From Candidatus Limnocylindria bacterium (lineage in GTDB: Bacteria; Chloroflexota; Limnocylindria; P2-11E), in assembly GCA_041496945.1 (NCBI GenBank), contig JBGQFO010000004.1, positions 1 to 55,607 on the forward strand: a stretch of DNA of 55,607 nt, given 5' to 3'. Of the stretch, positions 9,676-18,833 are shown piece after piece. How positions within the stretch are numbered: the first letter of the stretch is position 1; each line of letters opens with the position of its first letter. The notes beneath the pieces are model-generated. The model was not told the origin of the DNA and made no database searches. It saw only the letters and a list, made by a program, of their open reading frames with translations. A program made the position numbers and the translations under genes.

Positions 9676-10737
9676 CTATGCCTGCAGCTCCTTGCGCGAG
9701 GACCAGTACACGACGGCGCCAATGATGATGACCGAGAGCACGCTCACCGCACGGTCGACGACCGCGACCGCGATCGCGTCGTGCTGCGCGAGCCCGAAGC
9801 CCTCGGTGAGCACGTAGACCATGGCGATCTCGACGAAGCCGAAACCTGCGGGTGTGAGCGGCACGGTCGTCAGGAGCGACGTCGCGACGGCGACGAAGAC
9901 GACCCCGGACAGCGGTATGTCCAGGCCGAGCGCAGTGAGCACGAAGTAGAGACGCAGCGCCTCCGCCGCCCAGATGAGCACCGTCAGCGGTCCGGCGATC
10001 GGCAGCGCGCGGAAGCTGTGGAGCACGCCTTCACGGAAGAGGCGCCCGATGCGGCGCACCTCCGCCGGGAAGAAGCGCGCGAGCCGCGGTGCGACGACGT
10101 AGATGCCGACGATGCCGGCGACGATGATGAGGAAGAGCGCGGCGCCGGTGCCGTACACCAGACGCAGGTCGGGAACGACGGTGCGGCCGAACGCGACGTA
10201 GCCACCGACGATGAGCAGGACGAACACGACGATGAGGTCGAGCAGCCGTTCCGCGACGACGACGCCGACGGTCCGCGAGAGCGAGATCCCGAAACGCTGC
10301 TTCACCAGATACGAGCGATAGAGATCGCCGAGCTTCGCCGGCACGATGCAGTTCACGAACCAGCCGATGAAGAGGATCCGCAGGAGGTCGCTCCAGCGGA
10401 TCGTCGCGCCGCCGGTGCGGAGGAGACTGGCCCAGCGCCACGCGCGCAGCGGGAACGTCGCGTAATAGACGATGAGCGCGAGGATCACGTAGGACGCCTG
10501 CGACCGGCCGAGCGCGCTGGCGGCCTGACCCCAGTCCACCCCCCGCGCGGCGATGGCGATGAGCGCGAGCGGGATGAGCGTCGAGATGAGCTCGCGCCGG
10601 CCGAAGAGTGTGCGCCGGACGGCGACGTCGTCGGTGTGCCCCGCCTCTTCGGCGAGCCGTTCGATCGTCGGGTCCTCGACATGCGGCGAGGACCCGCGCG
10701 CTAGGCGCCGCTCTTCGTCCGTCGTCGACTGATCCAC
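9676..10737 (-). CDS. UPF0104 / lysylphosphatidylglycerol synthase TM-region (flippase-like) protein
   Basis: RAWRW, FVNCIVPAKLGDLYR, VVAERLLD, PLTPAGFGFVE, VVDR motifs. Confidence 0.85.
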   Translation of the reverse strand: MDQSTTDEERRLARGSSPHVEDPTIERLAEEAGHTDDVAVRRTLFGRRELISTLIPLALIAIAARGVDWGQAASALGRSQASYVILALIVYYATFPLRAWRWASLLRTGGATIRWSDLLRILFIGWFVNCIVPAKLGDLYRSYLVKQRFGISLSRTVGVVVAERLLDLIVVFVLLIVGGYVAFGRTVVPDLRLVYGTGAALFLIIVAGIVGIYVVAPRLARFFPAEVRRIGRLFREGVLHSFRALPIAGPLTVLIWAAEALRLYFVLTALGLDIPLSGVVFVAVATSLLTTVPLTPAGFGFVEIAMVYVLTEGFGLAQHDAIAVAVVDRAVSVLSVIIIGAVVYWSSRKELQA

Positions 10738-11381
10738 TTCCGCAGGACGTCGTACCGCGTCGCGAGGTGGATGGCGCTGCCGGTGAGGCGGCCATGCACG
10801 TCGCCGCCGCGGAGCGCCTCGAGGAAGCCGTCGCGGTCAGCGAAGTCCTCGATCTCGATCCAGGCCCTGCCGATCTCCGAGGCGCGGTGCGCGTCGCTAC
10901 CGACCGCACCGGGGATGTTGCGCTCCTTCGCGTAGGCCTCGGCGCGCCGGTTGTCGGCGGTGAAGGCCTCGCGCGCGTTGAAGATCTCGAGGCAGTCGAT
11001 CTGCGGCCAGAGCCGGTCGAGGGCATCGCGCCGCAGGTGGTACATGCGATTGCGGCTGAACGGATGCGGCACCGACACCAGGCCACCCTGGTCGTGGATG
11101 CGCGCGATGGTCTCCTCGCCGGAGAGGTCGCGCGGGATGGGCTTTTCGATGAACAGACCGATGATCTCGCCGTCGCGCGTGGACACCTCCTCGCCCACGA
11201 TCACCCGCACGCCCTCCGCGAGCTCGCGCAGCCTTAGCGCACCCTCGATGGTGTTGTGGTCCGTCGCGCACACCACGTCGATGCCCGCGGCCACGAGCGC
11301 CTTCGCCTGCGCCGCAAGCGGGGTCCGGCTGTCGGGCGAGTACTCGCTGTGTGTGTGCATATCGAGCTTTATCCGACTCAT
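10701..11381 (-). CDS. PHP-domain metal-dependent phosphoesterase, 226 aa
   Basis: DMHTHSEYSPDS, TDHN, GEEV, PHPF, GSDAH. ATG 11381 in an ATGA overlap. Confidence 0.9.
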   Translation of the reverse strand: MSRIKLDMHTHSEYSPDSRTPLAAQAKALVAAGIDVVCATDHNTIEGALRLRELAEGVRVIVGEEVSTRDGEIIGLFIEKPIPRDLSGEETIARIHDQGGLVSVPHPFSRNRMYHLRRDALDRLWPQIDCLEIFNAREAFTADNRRAEAYAKERNIPGAVGSDAHRASEIGRAWIEIEDFADRDGFLEALRGGDVHGRLTGSAIHLATRYDVLRKWISRRRTKSGA

Positions 11382-12478
11382 GCGGGGGCACGTCCTCTTT
11401 CGTAGGCACTCTGGACGATGGCGCGGATGCGCTCTTGGAATCGTGACACATCGAAACGCCGTGCGGACGCCTGCAGCGCCGCAGGATCCCACCGCTGAGC
11501 GTCGACGCGCTCGATCGCCGCGGCGAAGAGCTCGGGATCGGGCTCGCTCACCAGCGCCCCATCGATACCATCTCGCACGATCTCCGGCGCGCCGCCTTTC
11601 GCGAGCGCGACGACCGGCGCGCCCGCGGCGAGCGCCTCGACGCAGACGATGCCGAAGTCGTCGTCGGCCGGAAAGACCAGCCCGCGCGCACTGGATAGGA
11701 GCTGGCGCTTCGTGGACTCGTCGACGCGTCCGGCGAAGACGACGTTCTGCGGCGCGATCCGCTCGAGCGCGTCGCGCTCGCGGCCGTCGCCCACGACGAT
11801 GAGCCTGCGCCGCGTTCGCGCGAACGCGCGGACCGCGACGTCGGCGCGTTTGTACGCCGAGAGTCGCCCGATGAAGAGCCAGTGCTCGCCGCGGTCGGCG
11901 CGCGCCTCATATGAGGACACATCGACTGGCGGGTGGAGCACCTCGCTGTCGCGTCCGTAGTAGGTCCGGATGCGGCTGGCCACGGCCTGCGAGTTCGCGA
12001 CCCAGTGGTCGACGCGCGCGGCCAATTGGCGATCGGTCTCGCGAAGGCGCGTCAGGAGGTCGCGCACTGGTCCGCGTAGCGCAGAGGGAACTTCTTCCTC
12101 GAGGTATTGCTCCGTCCAATCCCAGAGATAGCGGGTCGGTGCGTGGCAGTACGCGACCTCGACCGTGCCGTCGGGGAGACCGAGTCCTTTGATGAACGCG
12201 CTCGTCGAGACCAGTACGACGTCGAACTCCGCCGGCACCCGCAGACGCCGGGCCGCCGCTGGGTAAAGCGGGAGGAGCAGACGATGCCGGCCGCCGCCGA
12301 TCGGGAAGCTCTGCAGCGAGCTGGTGACGATCCGCCAGCCGCCCAGGTCACCGTACCGCGCCCGATCGTGGAAGAAGGTGTAGACCGGCGCCTCGGGCCA
12401 GGTCGCATGGAGGACCTCGACGACGGCCTCGGCGCCGCCATGGACCGAGAAGTATTCGTGCGCCAGGGCGACCTTCAC
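11378..12478 (-). CDS. GT4 glycosyltransferase, 366 aa
   Basis: MKVALAHEYFSVHGGAE, YCHAPTRYLW, FIGRLSAYKR, DDFGIVCVEALAAG. GTGA overlap. Confidence 0.9.
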   Translation of the reverse strand: MKVALAHEYFSVHGGAEAVVEVLHATWPEAPVYTFFHDRARYGDLGGWRIVTSSLQSFPIGGGRHRLLLPLYPAAARRLRVPAEFDVVLVSTSAFIKGLGLPDGTVEVAYCHAPTRYLWDWTEQYLEEEVPSALRGPVRDLLTRLRETDRQLAARVDHWVANSQAVASRIRTYYGRDSEVLHPPVDVSSYEARADRGEHWLFIGRLSAYKRADVAVRAFARTRRRLIVVGDGRERDALERIAPQNVVFAGRVDESTKRQLLSSARGLVFPADDDFGIVCVEALAAGAPVVALAKGGAPEIVRDGIDGALVSEPDPELFAAAIERVDAQRWDPAALQASARRFDVSRFQERIRAIVQSAYERGRAPA

Positions 12479-13233
12479 CGGTGGGTGATCCGCTTCCGCA
12501 GGACGAGGGCGGCGAAGAGGGGAAGGACGCGCTGACGGCGCCAGCGCGACGGCTCGAGGATGAGACGCCACAGCCACTCCAGCCCGAGGCGGTGCAGGAA
12601 CTTGGGCGGGACCCGCTGCACGCCGGCGAGCTGGTCGAACACGCCGCCCACCCCGATCGCGAGCTTCACCGACGGGAGACGCTCCAGGTTGCGGGCGATC
12701 CAGCGCTCCTGCTTCGGCATCCCGTACGCCACGAGCAGGACATCGGGCGACGCCGCGAACACTCGCGCGACCGTCTCGTCATCGGCGTCGGCCGACCCCG
12801 CGTAACAGCCCACCACTCGAAGCCCCGGCGATCTCCCGCGCAGCGTGTCGGCGGCGCGCTCGGCGACGCCGGGCGCGGCGCCGAGCAGAAACAATCGGAC
12901 GCCCCGCGACGCGAATTCCGGCGTGAGCGCGTCGACCAGCAGCCGTCCGGGTACGCGGCGCAGGCCCTCCCCGAGCAGGCGCGAACCCACCACGACACCG
13001 GTGCCGTCGGCCATGACGAGATCGGCCTCGCGCGCGATCGCTCCGAGCGACTCATCGCGACGGGTGAGCATCACGAACTCGGGGTTCGCGGTGATGAGGA
13101 ACGTGCGGCGCCCGGCGTCGAGGCGCTCGAGCACGCGGGCCGTCGCCGCACGCAGGTCGAGGCGGTCGAAGGGGACGCCGAGGACGTCCACGCGCTCCGT
13201 GGGATCCCTGTCCGCTCGGCTGGCGTCGCGCAC
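12475..13233 (-). CDS. WecB/TagA/CpsF family glycosyltransferase
   Basis: TANPE, MADGTG, VPGR, FLLGAAPGVAE, VAYGMPKQERWI, GVGGVFD, GLEWLWRL..EPSRWRR. Confidence 0.92.
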   Translation of the reverse strand: MRDASRADRDPTERVDVLGVPFDRLDLRAATARVLERLDAGRRTFLITANPEFVMLTRRDESLGAIAREADLVMADGTGVVVGSRLLGEGLRRVPGRLLVDALTPEFASRGVRLFLLGAAPGVAERAADTLRGRSPGLRVVGCYAGSADADDETVARVFAASPDVLLVAYGMPKQERWIARNLERLPSVKLAIGVGGVFDQLAGVQRVPPKFLHRLGLEWLWRLILEPSRWRRQRVLPLFAALVLRKRITHR

Positions 13234-13242
13234 GCGGTAACG

Positions 13243-14262
13243 CTAGTGGACTGCGACGAGGCTCCGCCGGAAGAAGTCGAGGTGCTCGAGCGCGAGGCCG
13301 GTGCCCTTGGCCACGCAGTAGAGCGGGTTCTCGGCCACGTAGCAGGCCACGCCGGTCACCTGCGTCATGAGCTTGTCCATGTTGCGCAGGAGCGCACCCC
13401 CACCGGAGAGCACCATGCCCTTGTCGATGACGTCGGATGCGAGCTCGGGTGGCGTCTGCTCAAGGACACCCTTCACCGCGGTGATGATCTGCTGGAGCAC
13501 CGGGTCCATCGCCTCGGTGATCTCGTTGCTGCCGATGGTGATGGTGCGCGGCAAGCCGGCGATGAGATCGCGGCCGCGCACCTCCATGGTGAGCTCCGGA
13601 TCCATCGGCATCGCGGACCCGATCTGGATCTTCACGTCCTCGGCGGTGCGCTCGCCGATCATCAGGTTGTAGCGCTTGCGCACGAAGTTCGCGATCGCCT
13701 CGTCGAGCTTGTTGCCCGCGGCGCGCACGCTACGCGACACCACGATGCCGCCGAGCGAGATGACCGCGATCTCCGCGGTGCCACCACCGATTCCGATGAT
13801 GAGGTTCCCGCTCGGACCGCTGATCGGGATGTTCGCGCCGATCGCGGCGGCGAGCGGCTCCTCGATGAGGTGCGCGTCGCGCGCGCCCGCGCGCACCGCG
13901 GCGTCCTTGACCGCGCGCCGTTCGACGCTCGTGACGCCGGAGGGCACCGAGATCATGAGCTCGGGGTGGAAGATGCGGACTCGGCCGCAGACCTTGTCGA
14001 TGAAGTACTTGAGCATGTACTCGGTGATGACGTAGTCGGCGATCACCCCGTCGCGCATCGGCTTTTGCGCGGTGATGTTCCCGGGCGTGCGGCCGAGCAT
14101 CAGCCGAGCCTCCTCACCCACCGCCACGATGCGCGGGCGGTTCGACCCGTTGTCGTGCGCCAGGGCCACGACAGAGGGTTCGGTGAGGACGATGCCCTTG
14201 CCTCGGACGTACACGATGACGTTGGCGGTGCCCAGGTCGATGCCGATCTGCTTTGCGAACAT
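13243..14262 (-). CDS. mreB: Rod shape-determining protein MreB/Mbl
   Basis: [47 protein letters not shown]. Confidence 0.96.
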   Translation of the reverse strand: MFAKQIGIDLGTANVIVYVRGKGIVLTEPSVVALAHDNGSNRPRIVAVGEEARLMLGRTPGNITAQKPMRDGVIADYVITEYMLKYFIDKVCGRVRIFHPELMISVPSGVTSVERRAVKDAAVRAGARDAHLIEEPLAAAIGANIPISGPSGNLIIGIGGGTAEIAVISLGGIVVSRSVRAAGNKLDEAIANFVRKRYNLMIGERTAEDVKIQIGSAMPMDPELTMEVRGRDLIAGLPRTITIGSNEITEAMDPVLQQIITAVKGVLEQTPPELASDVIDKGMVLSGGGALLRNMDKLMTQVTGVACYVAENPLYCVAKGTGLALEHLDFFRRSLVAVH

Positions 14263-14289
14263 GCAGATACAGCCTAGAGCGCGCTGCCC

Positions 14290-15126
14290 TTACGCACCCG
14301 CTGCGGTGAGAATCATGTCCGTGGCGAAGCCGAGGACGAGCCCGAGCAGGACGCCCCAGGTCGTGAACTCCTTGTGGCCAAGCTTGCGCGCGACCGCGAG
14401 GAGCTCGATGACCACATAGAGGATGGAGCCGGCCGCGAGGGCCAGGAAGCCGACGAAGACCGTGACGTTCTCGAAGGATTGCCCGATGAGCGCGCCGACG
14501 AAGGTCGGGCCGCCACCGATCAGTCCGAGGACCCCGAGGAATCCCCAGCTCGGGAGCTCGTTCTCGGCGGCCATCGGTCCGACGATCCCGAATCCCTCGG
14601 TGGCGTTGTGCAGACCGAAGCCGATGACGAGCAGCAGCGCCAGGCGGAGCTCGCCCCCGGCCGCGGACTGGCCGATGGCCAGGCCTTCCGAGAGGTTGTG
14701 AAAGCCGATGCCCAGGGCGATGAAGAACGCGAGCCGTCGGGCGGGCGACAGGCGCGCGATCGGCCCGACGCGGAGGCCCGGTGCGCGCGGCTCGGCCCCG
14801 TGGTGACGCGAGCGGGCGGCGAGCCAGGTGTCGTAGTAGACGAGGCTCATGAGTCCGATCGTGAGTGCGACGGCGAAAACGGCCGCAAGCTCGACGAATG
14901 GCTGCCACGAGCCATCCGGCGCGGTCGCCTCCCCCAGCGCCGTCCTTACCGGCTCGAGCCCCTTTGTCAGCACGTCCCAGAGCAGGAAGAGCAGGATTCC
15001 CGTCGCGCCGGCGTTCAGGAAGGACCGCATCCGCAGGGAGGCATTCCGCACGCGACCGAGGGGCAGGCCGAGGTAGATCGTGAAGCCAGCGATCGCGCTC
15101 AGGACGACGATCTCGACCGATGACAA
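14290..15126 (-). CDS. ZIP family metal transporter
   Basis: TM4 GIGFHNLSEG and TM5 GFGLHNATEG, plus LAAGSILYV. Confidence 0.9.
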   Translation of the reverse strand: MSSVEIVVLSAIAGFTIYLGLPLGRVRNASLRMRSFLNAGATGILLFLLWDVLTKGLEPVRTALGEATAPDGSWQPFVELAAVFAVALTIGLMSLVYYDTWLAARSRHHGAEPRAPGLRVGPIARLSPARRLAFFIALGIGFHNLSEGLAIGQSAAGGELRLALLLVIGFGLHNATEGFGIVGPMAAENELPSWGFLGVLGLIGGGPTFVGALIGQSFENVTVFVGFLALAAGSILYVVIELLAVARKLGHKEFTTWGVLLGLVLGFATDMILTAAGA

Positions 15127-15281
15127 CTGCGGACTCCTCTTTCGGCCGGCCCTGGCCGATCGTGGCCGGACCGGTCAGTCGGTGCGCGGGTGCGCTATGC
15201 CTCTGAACCCGAAAAATGTATCTGGGGCGCCGCTGCGGGGCCTGCCAGGCCGCCGGGCACGCGTGTCACGCGATTTCCGAC

Positions 15282-15314
15282 TTGACAACTCGGTTTAAGT
15301 TAGGTCAGCCTAAC
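15282..15314 (+). promoter_or_regulatory. Promoter with DtxR/IdeR/MntR-like operator upstream of the FTR1 gene
   Basis: TTGACA at 15282-15287. TTAAGTTAGGTCAGCCTAA (15295-15313) matches the DtxR consensus TTAGGTTAGGCTAACCTAA at 15/19. Core palindrome GTTAGG-N4-CCTAAC at 15299-15314. A DtxR-family gene follows at 17518. Confidence 0.8.
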
Positions 15315-15318
15315 GTCC

Positions 15319-17484
15319 GTGACAAGGGGGCTGCGGGCGCTCGCGGGCGGAGCGGCGGCGATGGCGATCGCTCTCACGGCCTGCCAGCCCGCGCCATCCG
15401 GCCCGGCGACACCGCAGGAGATCAGCGTCGGCGCGGGCATCGCCCAGGCGCGCGGTCACCTCGCCGCCGCGCTGTCCGACGCACGCTCCGGCCGTTGGGA
15501 TCTCGCCGTGGTCCACGCGGCGCATCCGGCGGAGACGCTCCCCGGCATCGACTCGGCGCTGGCTCGGCGCGACGGGCCGGCGGACGCCGCTCTCCGCAAG
15601 GTGACGGCCGACGTCGTCGCGGTCGCGCAGGCGAGAGATCTCGCGGATCTCGAGCGCCTGATCGGCGATGCGGATCAGCAGCTGGCGCGCGTGGCCGGCG
15701 TCGTCATGGGCCAGGATCGCGCGACCGAGATCGCCTACCGGGCCAGCGTGGTCGCGACGCTCGCCGAGGCGGTCGCCGACGAGTACAGCGCGGCGGTCGT
15801 CAACGGCAGGCTCGTCCAGGAGCTCGAGTACCAGGACGCCTACGCCTTCCTCGGCCAGGCGCTCCCGATGTGGAGCGACATCGACGCGTCCGTCGCGCGC
15901 GCGAGTGCCGACGGCCACGCGAGGGTCGCCGCGGCGTTCGTGGACCTTCACGCTGCCATCCCCGGCCTCCAGGTACCGGCCGCGCTCCTGCCGGCCGATC
16001 GCGTCGTCGCGCTCGCCGGCACGGTGCACGAGGCGCTGCGTGACGCGGTCGGCGCGCGCACGGGCGTCGCGGCCGCCGGTGCGGACGAGCTGAAAGCGCT
16101 CACGAAGGCCCTCGACACGGCGCATGACGCGCTGCGCGCGGGCGAGATCGCGAGGGCGAGGGCCAGCTTCCACGAGTTCGAGACGGGCTGGGTCGCGATC
16201 GAGGACGGGATCCGCGGCCGTGACCGTGAGGCGTACGTGCGCATCGAGAGCGGCATGCGCGCCATGTCCGAGGAGCTCACCACCCCCGAGCATCCGGACA
16301 CGGCGCGTGCGGACGCCGCGGTGATCGCGCTGGACGAGGCCATCGACGACGCGCTGCCGCGCATCGCGGCGGGATCCTCGGGCGCTCGCTCGCTCGCGAC
16401 GTTCACGAGCGCACGCGGTCACCTCGACGATGCCAGCCTGGCCCTCGACCGAGGCGACGCGGCGGGCGCGAGCGCGGCGATCGTGGCGTTCCGGACCGAC
16501 TGGACCGACATCGAGAGCATCGTGAAGGCGCGGTCGACGGCGGCGTACGGCGCGATCGAGAACGACACGGCCGCGGCGCTCTCGGATCTCGCGAAGCGGC
16601 CCGCGGACGCCGCCGGCGCGCGTGAGGCGGTCGCGCGCATCCGGACCGCGATCGAGCCATTCGCGGCGTCAGCGGGCACGTACGGCGCCTTCGACGCGGC
16701 GATCATCCTGCTGCGCGAGGGCTTCGAGGCGCTGCTCGTCATCGCGGCCCTGCTTGCGTTCCTCGCGAAGAGCGGCAACGCCGACAAGCGCCGGTGGATC
16801 TGGGCGGGCGGCGGCGCCGGCATCGTTGGGAGCATCGGCGTGGCCATCCTGGTGAACGTCGCCTTCGCGGCGAGCACCGCGGCCGGCGCGAACCGCGAGA
16901 TCCTGGAGGGCTTCACCGGGCTGTTCGCCGCGGCGATGCTCGTGTACATGAGCTACTGGATGCATTCGAAGGCCAACCTTTCGTCGTGGCAGCGATACAT
17001 CCGCGACAAGAGCAGCTCGGCGCTGGCGCGCAACAGCCTCCTGTCGCTCGCGCTCATCGCCTTCCTGGCGGTCTTCCGGGAGGGCGCCGAGACGGCGCTG
17101 TTCTACCTGGGCATCGCGCCATCGATCGCGTTCGGAGACCTCGCGATCGGCCTCGCGATCGGCACGGCTGGTCTCGCCGCCCTCGGCGTGGTCATGCTCG
17201 TCTTCGGCGTACGGATCCCGATCCGGCCGTTCTTCCTCTTCACAAGCCTTCTCGTGTACTACCTCGCGTTGAAGTTCGTTGGCGCGGGCGTACACGCGTT
17301 GCAGGTGGCAGGCATCGTGCCGGCGACCTCCGAACGATTCCTGCCTGAGATCGGCTTCTTCGGCGTCTTCCCGACCTGGGAGACGACCGCCGTCCAGGTC
17401 GCGCTCCTCGCGGCGGCGCTCGGCTTCATCGCCTTCGAGCGCGCTCGAGCCACCCGCAGGCCGGAGAGCGTCTCCGCGATCTGA
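15319..17484 (+). CDS. FTR1-family (EfeU-like) metal permease fused to a large N-terminal lipoprotein domain, 721 aa
   Basis: Lipobox IALTAC, helical repeats, and a C-terminal permease with LLREGFE and VFREGAE (REXXE) motifs. Confidence 0.9.
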   Translation: MTRGLRALAGGAAAMAIALTACQPAPSGPATPQEISVGAGIAQARGHLAAALSDARSGRWDLAVVHAAHPAETLPGIDSALARRDGPADAALRKVTADVVAVAQARDLADLERLIGDADQQLARVAGVVMGQDRATEIAYRASVVATLAEAVADEYSAAVVNGRLVQELEYQDAYAFLGQALPMWSDIDASVARASADGHARVAAAFVDLHAAIPGLQVPAALLPADRVVALAGTVHEALRDAVGARTGVAAAGADELKALTKALDTAHDALRAGEIARARASFHEFETGWVAIEDGIRGRDREAYVRIESGMRAMSEELTTPEHPDTARADAAVIALDEAIDDALPRIAAGSSGARSLATFTSARGHLDDASLALDRGDAAGASAAIVAFRTDWTDIESIVKARSTAAYGAIENDTAAALSDLAKRPADAAGAREAVARIRTAIEPFAASAGTYGAFDAAIILLREGFEALLVIAALLAFLAKSGNADKRRWIWAGGGAGIVGSIGVAILVNVAFAASTAAGANREILEGFTGLFAAAMLVYMSYWMHSKANLSSWQRYIRDKSSSALARNSLLSLALIAFLAVFREGAETALFYLGIAPSIAFGDLAIGLAIGTAGLAALGVVMLVFGVRIPIRPFFLFTSLLVYYLALKFVGAGVHALQVAGIVPATSERFLPEIGFFGVFPTWETTAVQVALLAAALGFIAFERARATRRPESVSAI

Positions 17485-17517
17485 GCCCGGCACGCGATGC
17501 GGTAGGGTCGTCGCGGG

Positions 17518-18171
17518 ATGTCACCGCCCACCACCGTCCCGGCTGCGATCCAGGAATACCTGCAGGCCGTGTACACCCTCGCCGACGAGGGCGGAAGGGT
17601 CATCGCCGCGCGGCTCGCGGAGTTCCTCCGGGTCACGCCCGCCGCGGTGTCGGAGATGGTCCACCGCATGGAGCGAGACGGACTCCTCACCATCGACGAC
17701 CACGAGATCCGCTTCACCAAGAGCGGGACCGCGGCGGCGGCGTCGGTCGTGCGGCGCCATCGCCTCGCGGAGCGCATGCTCGTCGACCTCCTCGGCTACG
17801 CCTGGTGGAAGACGCACGAGGAGGCCGAGCGCATCGAGCACGCCATGAGCGACGAGATGGAGGAGCGCCTCATCCGCGTCCTCGGCGACCCCGAGACATG
17901 CCCGCACGGCAATCCGATGCCGGGCGTGAGGCCGCGCCCGACGCGGACGCTCGAGTCGCTGCGGCCGGGCGAGGCCGCGGCCGTCGCGCGCATCCCCGAC
18001 CAGTTCGAGCACGAGCCGGGCTTCCTCGAGTACCTCGACAGCGTCGGCGTGCGCCCCGGCGTCCTCGTGCAGCTGGTGAACGTGGATGTCGACGCGCTGC
18101 GCATCGCAATCGACGGGAGGGAGCGCAGCGTGCGCCGCGATTGCGGCCGGAAGGTGCTGGTCGCGGTATGA
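17518..18171 (+). CDS. DtxR/MntR-family metal-dependent repressor with C-terminal FeoA-like domain
   Basis: EYLQAVY, wHTH, RRHRLAE, HEEAERIEH, CPHGNPMP. Confidence 0.93.
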   Translation: MSPPTTVPAAIQEYLQAVYTLADEGGRVIAARLAEFLRVTPAAVSEMVHRMERDGLLTIDDHEIRFTKSGTAAAASVVRRHRLAERMLVDLLGYAWWKTHEEAERIEHAMSDEMEERLIRVLGDPETCPHGNPMPGVRPRPTRTLESLRPGEAAAVARIPDQFEHEPGFLEYLDSVGVRPGVLVQLVNVDVDALRIAIDGRERSVRRDCGRKVLVAV

Positions 18172-18833
18172 CCGATCCCCGGATCTACGTCATCGAGGCG
18201 GAGAGCGGCTACTGGCTCGCGAGGATCCCCGCGGTCATGGGCTGCAACGCGTCGGGGAAGACGCGCGACGAGGCCATCGTCAACGTCCGCCAGGCGTTCC
18301 GCGCGTATCTCGCGTTGCTCGAAGGGCGCGGCGTGTCGATCGAGCATTGGAAGGGCCTCGACCCCGAGGCATTTCCGGTGGTCGAACCGGAGCGGAGTGC
18401 CCTTCTGCCCGAGGATCAGGTCCCCCTCGAGGAGCACGACCTCCGCGACTTCCTGCACCTCTTCGAGGCACAGCAGGCGGCGCTCATCGCGCTAGCCGGC
18501 GCGCTGACGCCCGACGAGCTTGAGCGCAAGCCTGACACGGACAGCTGGAGCGTCCGCGAGGCGCTCGAGCACATGATGACCTCGCAGACCATCTTTCTGT
18601 CACGCCTGGAGAAGTGGCCGGATGATCCGTTCAACACGCTACAGGCCATCCACCGCGTCGTCGCGCAGCGCTTCGCGGTATTGGAGCCGTCGGACACGCA
18701 GGGGACCAAGGTCATCGGTGGCAGCTCGTGGACCGTGCGGCGCGTGATGCGGCGCGTCCTCGAGCACGAGTGGGAGCACTACGGTCAGGTGAAGGAGATC
18801 ATCGCCGCCCTCGAGCGAAGTCGGCGACCATGA
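18168..18833 (+). CDS. HicB-like N-terminal domain fused to a DinB-like domain, 221 aa
   Basis: ARIPAVMGCNASGKTRDEAIVNVRQA (HicB/UPF0150-like), WSVREALEHM and RRVLEHEWEHY (DinB-like). ATGA overlap. Confidence 0.7.
   Translation: MTDPRIYVIEAESGYWLARIPAVMGCNASGKTRDEAIVNVRQAFRAYLALLEGRGVSIEHWKGLDPEAFPVVEPERSALLPEDQVPLEEHDLRDFLHLFEAQQAALIALAGALTPDELERKPDTDSWSVREALEHMMTSQTIFLSRLEKWPDDPFNTLQAIHRVVAQRFAVLEPSDTQGTKVIGGSSWTVRRVMRRVLEHEWEHYGQVKEIIAALERSRRP

Noticed and set aside
15127-15281. Metal riboswitch (yybP-ykoY or NiCo) upstream of the ZIP gene
   Set aside because: I could not find the consensus elements by eye on the minus strand. An Infernal/Rfam scan would settle it.
18168-18833. HicAB toxin-antitoxin module
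   Set aside because: There is no hicA-like small basic ORF adjacent, and the C-terminus is DinB-like rather than DNA-binding.
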